Part shown: piece after piece, positions 15,091 to 30,148 of the stretch | Position numbering within the stretch: position 1 is the stretch's first letter | Layout: each line of letters opens with the position of its first letter | NCBI RefSeq assembly: GCF_009914755.1 | Contig: NC_060938.1 | Reading direction: 5' to 3' (one strand) | DNA from: the human T2T-CHM13v2.0 reference genome, Homo sapiens | Length of the DNA: 64,000 nucleotides | Translations under genes and position numbers: made by a program | The notes under the pieces: model-generated | Databases searched by the model: none | What the model saw: only the letters and a program-made list of their open reading frames with translations | Told to the model about the DNA's origin: nothing

Positions 15091-15156
15091 AAGAGTTCAA
15101 CACAAAGGTATTGGAGGCCCAACACAAAGAGTTCAACACAAAGGTGCTGGAGGCCC
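15091..15156. repeat. Short tandem duplication (2 x 30 bp, period 36)
   Basis: aagagttcaacacaaaggt(at/gc)tggaggccc at 15091-15120 and 15127-15156. Confidence 0.9.
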
Positions 15157-16159
15157 CAAAACATGGTAGAAGCTGAGGCTCACTTAGAGGAGATGACCAG
15201 GAAAATCATTCTGGAAGCACAAATAGCTGAGGCACCTTGAGAAGAGGGACATCAACTATTGATTTTTATTGTTTAATTTTATATTGTTTGCTGGGCCATA
15301 CATGTGAAGAAGTGACATAAGTTCCTCACCCCAACTTTCTCAATTGACCTAAACCTTTGGAGTTATCTACTATATATGATGTTGACTTAGTGTATTACCT
15401 AATATGGACATTCTCACACATTGAGAAAGCATGTGAGAAAGAGAGAGAGAGAGAAAAGTTGAATTTGGCAATATTAAAATTTAATAAGAAGCCTTTTTAT
15501 TTCAGCATATATGTAAATTGTGACATTTCAAAAATAAATTTTATTTTTATTTTTTTGATTTAAATATAGGGAGATTGTGGGTACCATCCTTTTTTCAAAA
15601 CTTATGTCCTTTAAATGACTTAATACAGCTTGCTCAGTGTTATGTTATAGAGTGACAGGATTGAGGTAGTGCCCACCGGGTCACACTAAGAAAGAAGGGA
15701 GAACACACCAGAAGGTAACATGAAGGACAGATTGTAAACTCAGCAGATGCAGGTACTTGGAACCTGAGATACTGAAGAGAAAAGTAAGTCCTCTAAGAAT
15801 CTCAAGGGCTAGTGCTGGGATAGAAATGTAAGCCAATTCTTAGCTTCCATCTCAAGGGACAAGGAAATTCTGCAAGCTGAACGACTTGAGAAAATGCAAG
15901 GCTGACAGCCAGGTTACACATGCCACTGAAGTGTAATGCATATTTAGTCATGGTGCTTTCCCTAAGCAGTCCTGGAAGGGAAGGGTAATGTTTGCAAATG
16001 GGATTCTGAAAATAGCTATGTGAGATCTTTATTAATTGCTTCTCTTTATTGAGCACTTTTAAAAAGATAGCTCTGACTTCTGGGTAGAGAATAGACTGTA
16101 TGAAGTCAGAGTAAGTCAGGGACCTGTTAGGAGACAGCCACAAGTTGTGTCACACTATG

Positions 16160-17350
16160 GCACATTAGAAGTTTGTATAAAACCTTCCTTGCATAGCATA
16201 CCTGAAAACACTGGATAAAAAAAGAAAGCTCATTATCTTTAATGTATAATGGAATTTAAGGAAAAGTAATGGAATTCCTCCAAAGTCAGAAAGTAAATAT
16301 TGAATGCACAGGGTTAAACATACTCTGGTGCAGGAATTGGCCTTGGTATTCTGTTATCTACCATCCTTGACAGCCAATGATTTCAATTTTAATGGGGCCA
16401 AAGCATGGTAGGAGGTCATATCTGCAAGTCCTGCAAAAAGCTGGGTGCCCCATGGAATAGTGACATCATTGGGTAAACTAGGAAAAATCTGTCCCTCCTC
16501 CCAAAGGAGCATGGCTGTAGGGATACTTATCTATATTGACTTTGGCTCTGAATGTTGTAGAAAATAAAAAAGTCCCCTCTGAGAACTGCTGACCATAGCC
16601 CACACTTGTGCAGATTTAGTTTCTGAATTAACAATCTCTGGAAGCCCTGAAACTCTAAAACCTAAAATTTCGTGTTTATTAGACTCTCAAGATACTGAAA
16701 AATGCATATATAAACCTTCCCTGGAGGGATGAAGTCAAAAATTCCACAGCATTCTACTATGAGCCCACAATCCTAAAGATATGAGAAATCATCGAAACTA
16801 ACAAACTACAGTCATACCACAAAATTACAGCTATTGAAATGATCAAATACAGATTATAAAATAAATATATTTAATTAAATTAAAAAATAAAAGAGTAGAA
16901 AGAAACCATCAACATTGACCTGGTAGATCTGAAAAAGAACCAAATATAACTTATAAGGTGAAGAAGGTAATTGTCATTAGAATAAATGGACAGTATGAAC
17001 AAGTTAGACACAACTGAAAGGAAGATTACTGAACTGAAAGATGGAGCTAGAAAAGTTGCATAGAATGCAGCAAGGAGGTGGACAATATGCACATGATTTT
17101 AAGAGACATGAAGGATAATATGAGGAGACCCAATATGAATCCAGTCATTGTTCTAGGAGATCATAGAAAAACATGGAATGAAGCACATGTTGAAAATTTG
17201 ATTGAGATTTGATTGAAGAAATGGTTGAGATTTTCCAAGAAATGATGAAACACTCCATTTCTCTGATTCCAGAATGTCAATGAGTCTCAAGCATAATAAA
17301 TAAAAATAATTCCCTGCGTAGGCATATAGGGAAATGGGAAGACTGCCAAG
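16160..17350 (+). mobile_element. Old L1 5' region/ORF1-like fossil (HAL1 or L1ME)
   Basis: ORF1 coiled-coil-like segment agttagacacaactgaaaggaagattactgaactgaaagatgg...ttaagagacatgaaggata...ttttccaagaaatgatgaaa. Confidence 0.7.
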
Positions 17351-17359
17351 GCAAAATGA

Positions 17360-17530
17360 GGTTATATCAAACTTCAGGGGAGGTAGCTTATAGGAGTAAT
17401 TGTCAAAGTGAAAAGATGTGGGCAGATTCAGGCAACGTTTCAGTGCTTAAATTGGTACAACTCGCTGATGGGATAGGTTTAGGGGATGAGGAGAAAGTGG
17501 GTATCAAGGATGACTGCTACAGCTGGGCTG
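17360..17530 (-). mobile_element. L2 fragment
   Basis: aagatgtgggcagattcagg...gggatgaggagaaagtgggtatcaaggatgact. Confidence 0.6.
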
Positions 17531-18454
17531 ATGACCAGGAAAGGAAAGATGGATTTTGCCCCTTGATGTGTGGGCATGGCACCCCCATTGAATACATGGG
17601 AGGGAGGAAAATATAGTCAGTGTTTCACACTTATCCAGGTCCAGCTTACCAGTTTCTGCCCACAGAGCTCCCCAAGTCAGTCCGTTGACTGACGTGCAAG
17701 GCCATAAAATAATCCGGGGGCTCAGCCTCCAGACAGTTGTCTGGAGCTGTGGGGCTTCAAAGAGGAAAAATGGGTGGTTGTCAGGAAACTCAGTCAATGT
17801 GTCTTGGAGAGAGCCTGAAGCCAATGCCTTGAGTGAAAAGGTGACATTTCTGCCCGGGCTCTTTTCTGAGACAGCAAGTAATTTTAGTTCGATTCCCACC
17901 AGGGTTTTCCTGTCACTTTATCCTCAGGCGCAATCTTAAGCTTGCATTGTTCAAGCCAGTCAGTCACTGTCACTTCTCCTTGTTTCAGCAAGATATTTTT
18001 TCAGAGCTTTCTGGTTTTCCTCAAAATGTTTTCAAGGGCAATGTATGCTATTATAAGCATGGCTAAAAGAAGAAAGGCTTGGTTCTGAATCTACAGCTTG
18101 TCCTGGGCTTCTGAATGGGAAATAGAGTTTTCTGGACATTTGGATTGCTTTCTGCATGAAGCTTTCAATAAAAAAGAAACAATCATTTTGCAAAACCCTG
18201 TAATAATGTTTTATACTTTTTAAAAAATTTAAATCACATTTTGAAACAGGCTCAAAGGATATGTTTTCTGTTTTCTAGTGACTGACTCTCCAGCTTCCTC
18301 CTTATCCCCGAGTAAATTCTCTGTCCCCTTTGAAGCATCTGGGAATTGCATTCCCAGACTTCTCCAAACCCATCTTCTGTTTTCCCTCTGAAGTTTCTTT
18401 GCTTACCTTCAAATTCAGAACCTTGGCCCTTGACCTTGGATTTGAGTTTTTAAA

Positions 18455-19195
18455 TTAAATGTTCTAATATTAGAATAGTGTTAGATTTGAAAAAAAAATG
18501 CAGACAGTACAGAGAATTCTGCATGCCCTTTACGTAGCTTCCCCTATTCTTTACATCTTACATTTATTGTAACTAAGAAATCAACGTTGGTACATTACTG
18601 TGATATGAGGGAAACTCCTCACTTTATTTGGATTTCACTAGTCCTTTATCCACCCAGGATACCACTTTACATGTAGTCATCATATCTCCTTAGGCTCCTC
18701 TTTACTCTGACAGTTTCTCAACTCTGTTTTGGATGACATTGACAATTTGGAGGAGAATTAATCCAGTATTTTGTAGAATATTTCTCCATTTGGGTTTTTC
18801 TGACGTTTTCTCATGATTAAACGGGAGTTCTAGGTTTTGTGGAGGAACATTACAGAGCCAAAGTGCCATTTTTTTTTTTTTGAATCAGATTGTACCAAGG
18901 GCACATACTGTCATCATGACTTACTGATGTTGACCTTGATCATGTGACTGAGGTAGTGTTTGTCAGGTTTATCCGCTGTTAAGTTACTTTTTTTTGTTTT
19001 CCCCTTTCCATACTCTGTTCTTTAGAAGTAAGTCACTAGGTGTATTCACACTTAAGCAAGTGGGTGGGGAGGGATCAAATTCCACCTCTTGGAGGAAAGA
19101 GTATCCACATAAATTATTTGAAATTCTGTAAGGAAGATTTGCCTTTTCGCTAGATTTCTGTATTGTTATTCAATCATTTATTTATATAATTGGAC
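18455..19195 (-). mobile_element. L1MC-type 3'UTR
   Basis: caggataccactttacatgtagtcatcatatctccttaggctcctc, gatgttgaccttgatcatgtgactgaggtagtgtttgtcaggttt. Confidence 0.85.
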
Positions 19196-19249
19196 CTGAT
19201 TTCAATTTTCAATCCCCTGTCCAGTCTCCCTTATAAGGTTAGATTTCAT

Positions 19250-19540
19250 TTTTGTTTTTTAAGTCTCACTTTGTCACCCAAGCTGGAGTGCAGTGGTACT
19301 ATTATAGCTCACTGCAGCCTATGACTCCTGGGCTTAAGCGATCCTCCTGCCTCAGCCTCCGGAGTAGCTGAGACCACAGGTGTGCACCATTCATGCCTGG
19401 ATAATTTTTATTTCTATTTTTTGTAGATACAGGGCCTGGCTCTGTTGCCTAGACTGGCCTCAAATTCCTGGACTCAAATGTTCCTCCTGACTCAGCATCC
19501 CAAAGTGTTGGGATTACAGGCATGAGCCACTGTGCCAGGC
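19250..19540 (-). mobile_element. AluJ
   Basis: atagctcactgcagcc...gggcttaagcgatcctcctgcc. Approximate TSD tcatttt. Confidence 0.9.
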
Positions 19541-21829
19541 TCATTTTGATTCATAAGGCTGTTTTGCTTTGGGTACTGACTGTTTCAGTTGTGAATTCTC
19601 CAGACCTTACCTTTCTCTTTGAGGAGAAAGAGAACAACGGACGGAAGAGAGTAGATAAACAAGAAATGGAAGAGTGGGGTAAACAGATGTAGAGGGAAGA
19701 GAATATGGCTGGATTTAAGATAAGCGAGGAATGAAAAAGGAGCAGCTGGAGGTCATTAGAGCAAGAGGTGACTGAAAACATGTTCCCAGGGAACCTCCAG
19801 AAAACATGGAGAGAGCACTGGGATTTCCATATTTTAAGGTAAGGAGTGATTCTGGAAAGATTCTGTGGGCATCTGGGTGGCAGATATCCAGGTAACACTT
19901 AAAGGTAAGGAGATGGGATCATTGAAGCCTTAGAGATAAACCCATAAACTTCCTAAAGACGAAGAATCTTTGGACTTAAGTGTTTTTGTGGATTGCCTAA
20001 GGTCCAAGTTGTTACCAGCAGAGCTAGAATTAGAAGTGAGGTTTCCTGATTCCCCATCTAATTCTTATTCTAGGATGCTGCAGCTGTTTCCTTGTAAGCT
20101 GATTCTGATACTAATAGACTGGGGTTTTCCATTCCCCTGGGAAGTTTGAGACTATTACTAGAAATAGCCTCAATGGGATAGAAACAACTCACAGGGGCCC
20201 AATTCCCTTCTTGGTGATTTAAATGTTAATACCTTGGCACTTCTCCAGGCAAGTAGGAGATCAGAAAGCAGCTGAGGAACTGGGCCCATTCTAGGAAGCC
20301 CCAGTCTGTGTTGTTGGTTAAGTGATGCTTTGTAGTCCTTGAAGACAGAATTAGAGGCTTATAAGAGATTCCTAACAGAACCCAACCATCCTTTCATCGT
20401 GTGTCAATGGCAATATTTCTCCCTTTCTCTCTAGAATAGTAGAGGCATCCAGGAAGCTACTGAATCAGACATGCTTATATTAAAAATCTGGACCTTTCTT
20501 TGGAAGCAATCGGTTGCTCTAGCACAGATGTAGTGCAGACAGGTGCTTGGTAAACTTGTATCTGTGTGTTTCTCTGCCAGAGCAACCTGCTCCATTTTCT
20601 CAGACATTTTAGCTGACTTTGTTGTTTCAACATCCAGCTACTTGGAAGCAAAACATCCAAATGGAAAATAAAACTAGGCACTTAAAGATGTGGTGACTTA
20701 GTTTACTCTCCAACAAACATCTGGAAATTTGGAACATCTGGGTTGTTTGCTTTGAAACATTCAGTTTTCATCTATTTATTGTTCTATATATTAATTATGC
20801 CTGATTTATCCTGGTCCAGTTTTAGGCAATGACTGAGAGAAAGCCACCAATCAACAAGTGTGGCTTAGGAGCCACACTTTGGGTTTAGGAGCTCATAAAC
20901 TTTTGTAAAAGAACAGTAGGAAAGTACTGAAAAATATGAAGAAGAAAGAAAAAATGGTCCATTTTTCTACTACCAAATATGGTCACTGTTTTGACATTTT
21001 AGTAATATTTTTATCTTGTCATTTTTTTCTATATGTGGTTTTGTCAAAGTATAATTCTGACAAACACATTATACATCTCTTGTCCATATTTTATTTCCTT
21101 ATATAACAAATTAGCATTTTCCATGCTAACAAAATATTAGAATACTATTTTAATTACTGTATTAATTATATGGCCACATCATAATCTACTTAAGAGATTA
21201 TCTCTCATTGTTTATTATTTAGATGATTTCCAATATTTGGTGGTACAGATAGATTTTTTAGCTTAAGCTTTTTCTGGATTTGGAATTTTTTTATTTGGAC
21301 AACTACCTAAAGTTGGAATTAAAGGTTATTTTTTAAAAGGTTTGGGTTGACCAGGTCTTAAAGAGACTCACATCTTCTAGATTTTTTCCCTTGAAGACAA
21401 AATCAATACCTAAATTATACCTAAAATCAATACCTAAATAGTGATTCTCAAATTCTTTATCACTGAGAATCTTAAAAAAAATGCTTATGTACTTTATCTT
21501 TTAAACTACTTTTGTCTGCCACAACTAATTGTGCAACATGTGATTTCTATTTTCATTTATTTGCTTTCAAAGGCATACATAATGAAGTATATCCTTATCT
21601 TCTGTCATCTCTCAAATGACTGAGATGGGCCAGTTGACTCAAATTAAGGGTTTCTGTCCATCAGCTTGAGCTGTATGTTTTCTTGGTATTATTAGATTGG
21701 AAAGGAGTCCAGAAGGAGTGGGAGGTAAGGATGGTGAGTTGGAGCTAAATTATTTAGGGAGAACCAAAGTTTAAGGTAAGGAAATAGGAATGGTGTCAGA
21801 TTAAAAGGGCAGGAAGACAATGGTGAGTC

Positions 21830-22413
21830 TATAATTTCTATATAGAGTATGACTAAACTAGAAGGAAATTTTATATTTTAATTTAAAAAAGTTCAGAGAC
21901 AGAGCAGTTCCAAGGTTACACAATGAATCAGTGATGTCACCTAGAATCTAGGCTCTTTCTTACTTATTTCTTTCTTATTCTTCCACACCCAGGATGCTAG
22001 CTTTGTCTTGATGCGTGTTTACTTAGGGTCACACTATGGCATCATGTTCTTGATCAAAGGAATCCAAAGGCGTCTCAAAACTTTCAAAGGCATTCAGAGG
22101 CAGAAATAAAGAAAATAGTTTGTATCAGATATCTGTCTCTCTCTTTATCATAAGGAAAATATTTTCCAGGAGCCCCTAGCTAACTTGCTCTCAGATGTCA
22201 CTGGACAGAATTAGATCTTCCACCCATATCTGAGTCAACCACTGGCTTGGTAGTCTTAAACTAATTAGAGTTCAATCCTTGGGGGAGAAAGTGGCCCATA
22301 TTCTCTGAGAGTTTTGCTGCCCCATATCTGAAAAAGGAATGTTATCGTTATAATTTTTTTTGCAAGAGTGGAGAAATGGATTTGTTAGGGATATTGCATA
22401 CAGCATCTGCTAT
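21830..22413 (-). mobile_element. Old MaLR LTR (MLT1J/K/L-like)
   Basis: gatgtcacctagaatctaggctctttct...tcactggacagaattag...cagcatctgctata terminus. The left boundary is approximate. Confidence 0.55.
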
Positions 22414-23009
22414 AGCCAGCATCCTTATTTGAGGAGGATGCTAGGTGATTTCTTTATGCTATTTTTGCATAAAAAACATTTAAAATTTTTTGAAGGTCTT
22501 TTGTTCTTGGAGAAATTTGTGTGTGTGGTGGGGGAAGGGGTGATTAAAATTATGGGGCTAAAGCTTCCAAAGCCACTTGATGGCTTCTACATAGAAGGAT
22601 GGGTAATCAAGCTCGAAATTCAAAAGTAGTTTAAGTGAAGCAAGAGAGAAATAGACTTTGAAGCAAGATAGAGAGGTTTGGGTAATTTTTACGAACAATG
22701 TTGGAGATTACAGGAATTGTCAGAAGGGCTATCTTCTCTGATGCATTCTGGGTCACACTAGTATAAAAGTTCTGAGTCAGGGCTGCCAGTAGGTAACAGA
22801 CAAGAATAAAGAATAGTAGTTTGTTTCTACTAGGTTGTTTGAAATATTGGAACTAGTTTATGGAACTATAGTTGTTTGGGACCCCAGGACAGAAGTCATA
22901 AAATTAGAGGTCTCCAAAATTTTTTGCTTGTTTCACGCTGTCCTTAATTCACTGGGAAGGGTTTGAAGTTCACAGAACAGCTAGAGGAATTGGGTTTACT
23001 GTAAGTGTG

Positions 23010-23375
23010 TGTTATGATTTGAATGTTTTTGTCCCATCAAAAAATGGGAAATGTAACCCCAAGGCGACAGTGTTGGGAGTGGGGCCTAATGGGAGGTATT
23101 TAGGTCATGAATGGATTCATCCACTAAAAAGGCGCTTGGGGGAGTGGATTCTCATTCTTCCTCTCTTCTGCCATGTGAAGAACAGCATCCTTTCCCTACA
23201 GAGGATGCAGCCTTCATCGTGGGAGTGGAGACTGGGCCCTTTCCAGACACCAAACTTGCTGGCAACCTCGATTTTGGACTTCTGAGTCTTTAGAACTATG
23301 ACAATGCACTTCTGTTCTTTGTAAATTACCCAGTCTTAGGTATTCTGTTATAGCAGCACAAAATGGACTGAGACA
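23010..23375 (+). mobile_element. MST-type (MSTC/D-like) MaLR solo LTR
   Basis: tgttatgatttgaatgtttttgtccc...aaattacccagtcttaggtattctgttatagcagcacaaaatggactgagaca. Confidence 0.88.
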
Positions 23376-24196
23376 GGATGCTCTTATTGTTTTCCCAGGA
23401 TTAGATATCATCTCTTCTGGCAAGCTTGCCTTGACTTTCAAGGTGGTGATTGATTCCTGTTCTGTGGGACCTCTGTGCTCACCCCTGAGGTTACACTTTC
23501 CACCCCTACTTCTATAGCCTACGGTCTGATACAAGGAACACATGGCATTTACTATATGAATAGTGGAGAATGAATCCACAAGTGAATGGAATTAAATAAG
23601 CTATAGCATGCAAAAAAGGAATTAATTCCCTTTGTTCTTTTAGAAGAGTCACGATAACCAGAGTAGAACATTTAAAAACCTACTTACACATATACAGTAA
23701 ATTTTCTTAAACATTCTTCTTTCATTTCTTATAATCCTATTTAAACAAATCCTTGAAAGCAGTGGAATTTCACCCAGCCTTGAAATTAACAGCTAAGTAT
23801 TCAAAAAATAAAAGGGACAGATTGTGTTATCAGATTTGTGCCCTGAAACCAACCATCCCCTGCCTCTTTTGTACAGTTATAAAGACCTAAATATGTTTCC
23901 AAAAAGCCTGTTTACTCAATCTGTATGCTAATAAAGATGGAAGTCTGGAATTTGACCTTTCTTGTTTAAATACATTCTAGAGGAATATGTTTGGCTTTTG
24001 AATCTCAGTAATGAGTTAATTTTTGAACCTGAATTGCCAAAAAAAAAAACCCTACATCAAATCAGATTGTATTCAATGTACTAGATACTCCTAGAAACCT
24101 AGCACATGGTAATATTTATTAATAGTATTACCTTACAATTCGTGTCTTCATAATCTATATAATAGAATACTTAAGCCAAGTATGAAAGATGATTTA

Positions 24197-25558
<1,362 letters not shown>

Positions 25559-25676
25559 AAGCTATGAAGGTGGCTAATGTTGCAAGTTTAATTTTTGGTA
25601 AGAATATAAGTTTTTCATAAAATAAATATTATTTTAGCCACATAGAGAGCCTTTTCATTATTAGACAATTATCTTA

Positions 25677-25868
25677 GAAAGAACACTGGCCAAGGAGTCA
25701 GATAAGTCAAAATTGGGTCCTGAGTGTACCTTGAGTCATCCATTAATTCTTTCTGGGCTTCAGTTTCTTTTTCAAGAAGCTGAAGGTAGTGCTACAGGTC
25801 TTACCTATCTTACTGTTTTTGAGAGAAAATGAAGTGATTATGTCAACGGACGCTGAAGTCTGTAAAGG
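25677..25868 (+). mobile_element. MIR SINE
   Basis: gaaagaacactggccaaggagtcaga...tctgggcttcagtttct. Confidence 0.7.
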
Positions 25869-26660
25869 TCATAAAATTGCAAAGTCTTCCAGTTAGTCAC
25901 AAGAGCCCATAGGCAGACTTCATGGAAGAAGATTATCTATTCTTATCAAGAGAAAAACAAGCAACAGGCCAGTGAAATCATATCCATGTATGAGAACAGT
26001 GCTTGCATTTTCATAAGGAAAATTTCATTGGTTAAATGTGGTATTTTTACCATCTTGTCTTGTCTTAGACATTATTTCCATTGTGACTTAATCAGAGATA
26101 CGAAGTTAAGCAGTCCTCAAGGAAGACAGTATCTAAAGTTTGCTATATATTTAAAAGTAGTGAGAAAAAATAAAACCTAGAGATATAAACGGAAAGTGGA
26201 AGAAGGAAAATAAATCTATTTTCTGTTAAATAGTGCACATAATCTCTGAAATGTAAGTTTTGGGGCGGCGGTGAGGGTAGGGAGGAGGAAGACAAAGAAA
26301 GAAGAAATCAGAACACACTGTTTTGATCGCTAAGGATGAAGTGGAGCTGTTTAATAGCCAGATTGCTCCCATACTGTGTGTATCTATTGTGCTGTGGCTG
26401 AACTCTGAAGAGGCAGTTCTGTTGTGCCTGTTAATTTCAGCACAGTGTGAAACCCTTTCCCCCCTCCCCTTTACTTAAAGGGAATCGTTAGTTCAGTTGA
26501 TGCACATTTCACTGAATCCACAAATCAATAAACCACTTGGAAAGAAGTAAAGTGTGAATCTTCCTGCATGGTCTCCTGATAGAAGACACAAAGCACAGCA
26601 ATAAGATCTGAAATCCCCAACTGGGAGTTAAGCCTGCTTTTACTTGTCTGGCTTAGCAGA

Positions 26661-26673
26661 TGACGTCAATTGG
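26661..26673. promoter_or_regulatory. Perfect palindromic CRE (TGACGTCA) abutting an inverted CCAAT (ATTGG); putative
   Basis: gatgacgtcaattgg in apparently unique sequence. Motif only, with no functional evidence. Confidence 0.35.
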
Positions 26674-27171
26674 TGATGGCTTATGAATGTTATCTCTGTT
26701 ACCCTCTTTCTGTGGGCCTCTCACTCTTCCAGCTCAGTGTCTAATGGCTGGCTCACAATTTCATGTCGTATCTTGAGAATCGGTGGAGCATAGCTTTTTA
26801 CCAGTGGAACTGGCAATGAGACAGAAGCCAGTGGAACGAATCCAGCTGCAGGTTCAGAAATATGAAGTAGTCTGCTGGGTAAGGTACAAGATCATAGAGT
26901 ATGGCAAACTTTGGGCATAGTCCAAACCATGGACAAAAACCAGTCTGTATCTGGTCACAGGGCACAGCACTGGACTGGGGTTAAAAGGCAGGGCTCCAGG
27001 AATGGGAGCCAAGGCAGTAGTCCATTTTATCAGCCAGGGCTCTTGATTGAAAGCAACAGAAACTTATGCTGGCTATCTGAAGCAAAACAAGAATTTATTA
27101 TAAGATGACAGGGGACTTTCAAAATTGATTGGGGGCTTGAAAACCTGGCTTGGAACAAAAGCAAGGACTTT

Positions 27172-27680
27172 CACAAAAAATCAATTCCCAGTGGATTAAA
27201 GACTTACATGTGAAAGGTAAAACTATGAAGCTTTAGAAGGTAAAGCATGAAAATATTTTCATGGAGTCAGTTAGGAAGGATTTTCCTATAAGACACAAAA
27301 AAATGCTATCTATGAAGGAAAAGATTGTTTTTTCTTAGTATGTTAAAATTAAGAACTATATACATCAAAAGGCTCCTTAAAAGAGTGAAACAGCAGAGTA
27401 GAAGATAATATTTGTGACACTTAACCAAAGATCCGGATCCAAAATAAATAAAGACTTCCCACAAATATGAAATATGAAAAAGCCATACAGCTCAATAGAA
27501 ATTTGTACACAGGACCCGGACAGGCATTTAGCAAAATAGAAAATTGAAATGGCTACAAAATTTATGAAAAGGCCCTCAACCTCACTGATAATAAGGCAAA
27601 AATAAAACCACAATGAATTATTAGTACACACTCACCAGATGGGTAAACATTAAAAAATCAGATGATACCAAGGGGAGGTG
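27172..27680 (+). mobile_element. Old L1 (L1ME-like) ORF2 3' fragment
   Basis: aaaaatcaattcccagtggattaaagactta...ttaaaattaagaact...aaataaaaccacaatga. Confidence 0.82.
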
Positions 27681-27927
27681 AGGAGGCACTACCAGGCTGA
27701 CTATCCTAGAGGACATAGAACAGAAAGGTTTGCAAAACAAGATGCTCCGATGACACTTATCCAATCCAATGAAGTGAAGACAAACAGAGAGAAGCAAGGG
27801 GAAAGGGATGGGGTGAATTAACTGACTTAGGATAAGTGCATGTGGGATGGAAGGACAACATAATCTGAATCTTAGAATATGCAATGTTCATATATCCTGC
27901 CACATCAGTCTTTCACAAGTGTGGTTA

Positions 27928-28233
<306 letters not shown>

Positions 28234-28510
28234 TTATGAGGACCAGAGCTGAGGTTTGAGTAAAGGAATCCACAGATGGATGACACCGTGGGCCCAAGGC
28301 ACACACTTGCCCTATTGGAGACACACAGGGACAAGTACAACTGGCCACAGCTGGAGCTTACCAATTAATTTGATGAGAAGCCATGGGTTTTATTTGTTTT
28401 TGGGGGGGCAGAGGACAAAAGGAGCCAGAATGAGTGTCACTATTGAGTGATTATTTAAAGCCTCATGAATGTTAAGTGTTCATATATAGTTAATGTATCG
28501 TGAATACTTA

Positions 28511-28626
28511 GTGCCTTCTGTATAGCCTCATGTGTGCTTAGTATCCGGTGCCTTCTATATAGCCTCATGTGTGCTTAGTATCCAGTGCCTTCTATATAGC
28601 CTCATGTGTGCTTAGTGTCCAGGTGC
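28511..28626. repeat. 37-bp minisatellite, 3 copies
   Basis: gtgccttctatatagcctcatgtgtgcttagtatcca starting at 28511, 28548 and 28585, with 0-2 mismatches per copy. Confidence 0.95.
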
Positions 28627-30148
28627 TTCATGAACATTCAACATTTGTTGCTCCTTTCATTCCTCTCTGACACATACATTCTTTCTTTGTTAGCTTCCTA
28701 TTACCATGCCCCGTAAGTTCTACCTCCATCTAACAAACTTTTTGCTTACCAGCTACTTACCTGTACTTAAAATACCTTAAAGGGTTTTGCCTATGTTTTA
28801 TAAACTACAAACTTATTTATCTAGTAGAATTGAATATTCTCAAATGCAAATGCACATGACATATGATTGGCTGAAACTAAGTAATGTACCCACCTCACTG
28901 GCTATGCCAGGGTAGGGAGAAAAAAAGTGCAACTCCTTTGGGTTAGGACGCAGGAGGTGAGCACTGCCTTCCATCAAGAATACTTGCAAGAGAGAATTTC
29001 CTCTTTAAGAAGATGAGAATGTAAATAGGGAGGAGGAGATTGAATACTAGATGACCCCTAATGAACAAATGCCTACAACATGTATATAAAAAGAATATTT
29101 GCAAGGGAGTGGGGCTTGGAAATAAGGTTAAAGCATGGTTATTGGAAAGAAGACATTGCATCTGTGTTGCCTAAGCAGCAGGAAGGATTTGAGTCTGAAT
29201 AGAGGCAAAATGAACTGGAATAGTTTAGAACTCTCTTTAGGTCAGGATAGCTGCATGACTGCTATTCTGAAGGTAGAGCTAAGCTTCCAGGTAGTGATTA
29301 AATGTCTCCAAGTATGGAGAGTAGAAGGAATGCAGAAGCTATGATTAGCCTGTGTATGACAATGTCTCTCAGATTTCCTGGAGTCCTGGCCAGCCATGAA
29401 TTTCTGCATGTTGGTAATTGTTAGATAAACTACTTAGTAGAAAGTCCAACAATTGCCACCAATCATTTCTCTGGAATGTTACTTACATAATAGACTAATG
29501 GAGGATCTTTATCTCTTTCTTTCTCTTCCTTCTTTCTCTCTCTCTTTCACATGTACACAGGCATACATAGACACACACACACACACTCACATATTATTTC
29601 CAAAGAAAGTTATACTAGAATATTCTCTTAACAGTAGAGTATTTGGTGGCTACTAACTACTATTAGATGATACCTGAGGTGCTTGACACTTTAAATAGCC
29701 TAGAGGAGCTCTTGAGTGCCATAGTAGCCTGATTTTTCAGTTATTTATTCTGTAAGAGCCACCTTGGAAAGTTGCTCAGAAAACTATACCAAGACTGAAT
29801 ATTACTCAAGATTTGAAAGATATTTGAGGAAGTTGTTCATAGCCCTTTGCTACTCTGGTACTGTGCAACTGTGTGTACTACTTAAGGTATCTCGCTTTTT
29901 TAACCCCATCCAGGGCACAGAAACATTCTCTAAAGTGTCTTTTCTCCCTAATTACAAAACTGAACTCAGTAAGAAGAGACAACACTGTACTTACTCTGTA
30001 AGTAGTGTCTGAGCTATTGCATGTAAGACTTAGCAAACTTATGACTTCCCTTTTCTCATGTGCCTCCCACAGAGCACAGTAAAATTAAGGCCCTGGAAAC
30101 CACTCTAAAGGTGCCTGATTAAAGATTTTATTTTACTCATATATGAAT

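Noticed and set aside
28511-28626. 37-bp repeats as a CRISPR array
   Set aside because: The units are head-to-tail with no spacers, there are no cas genes, and the context is primate
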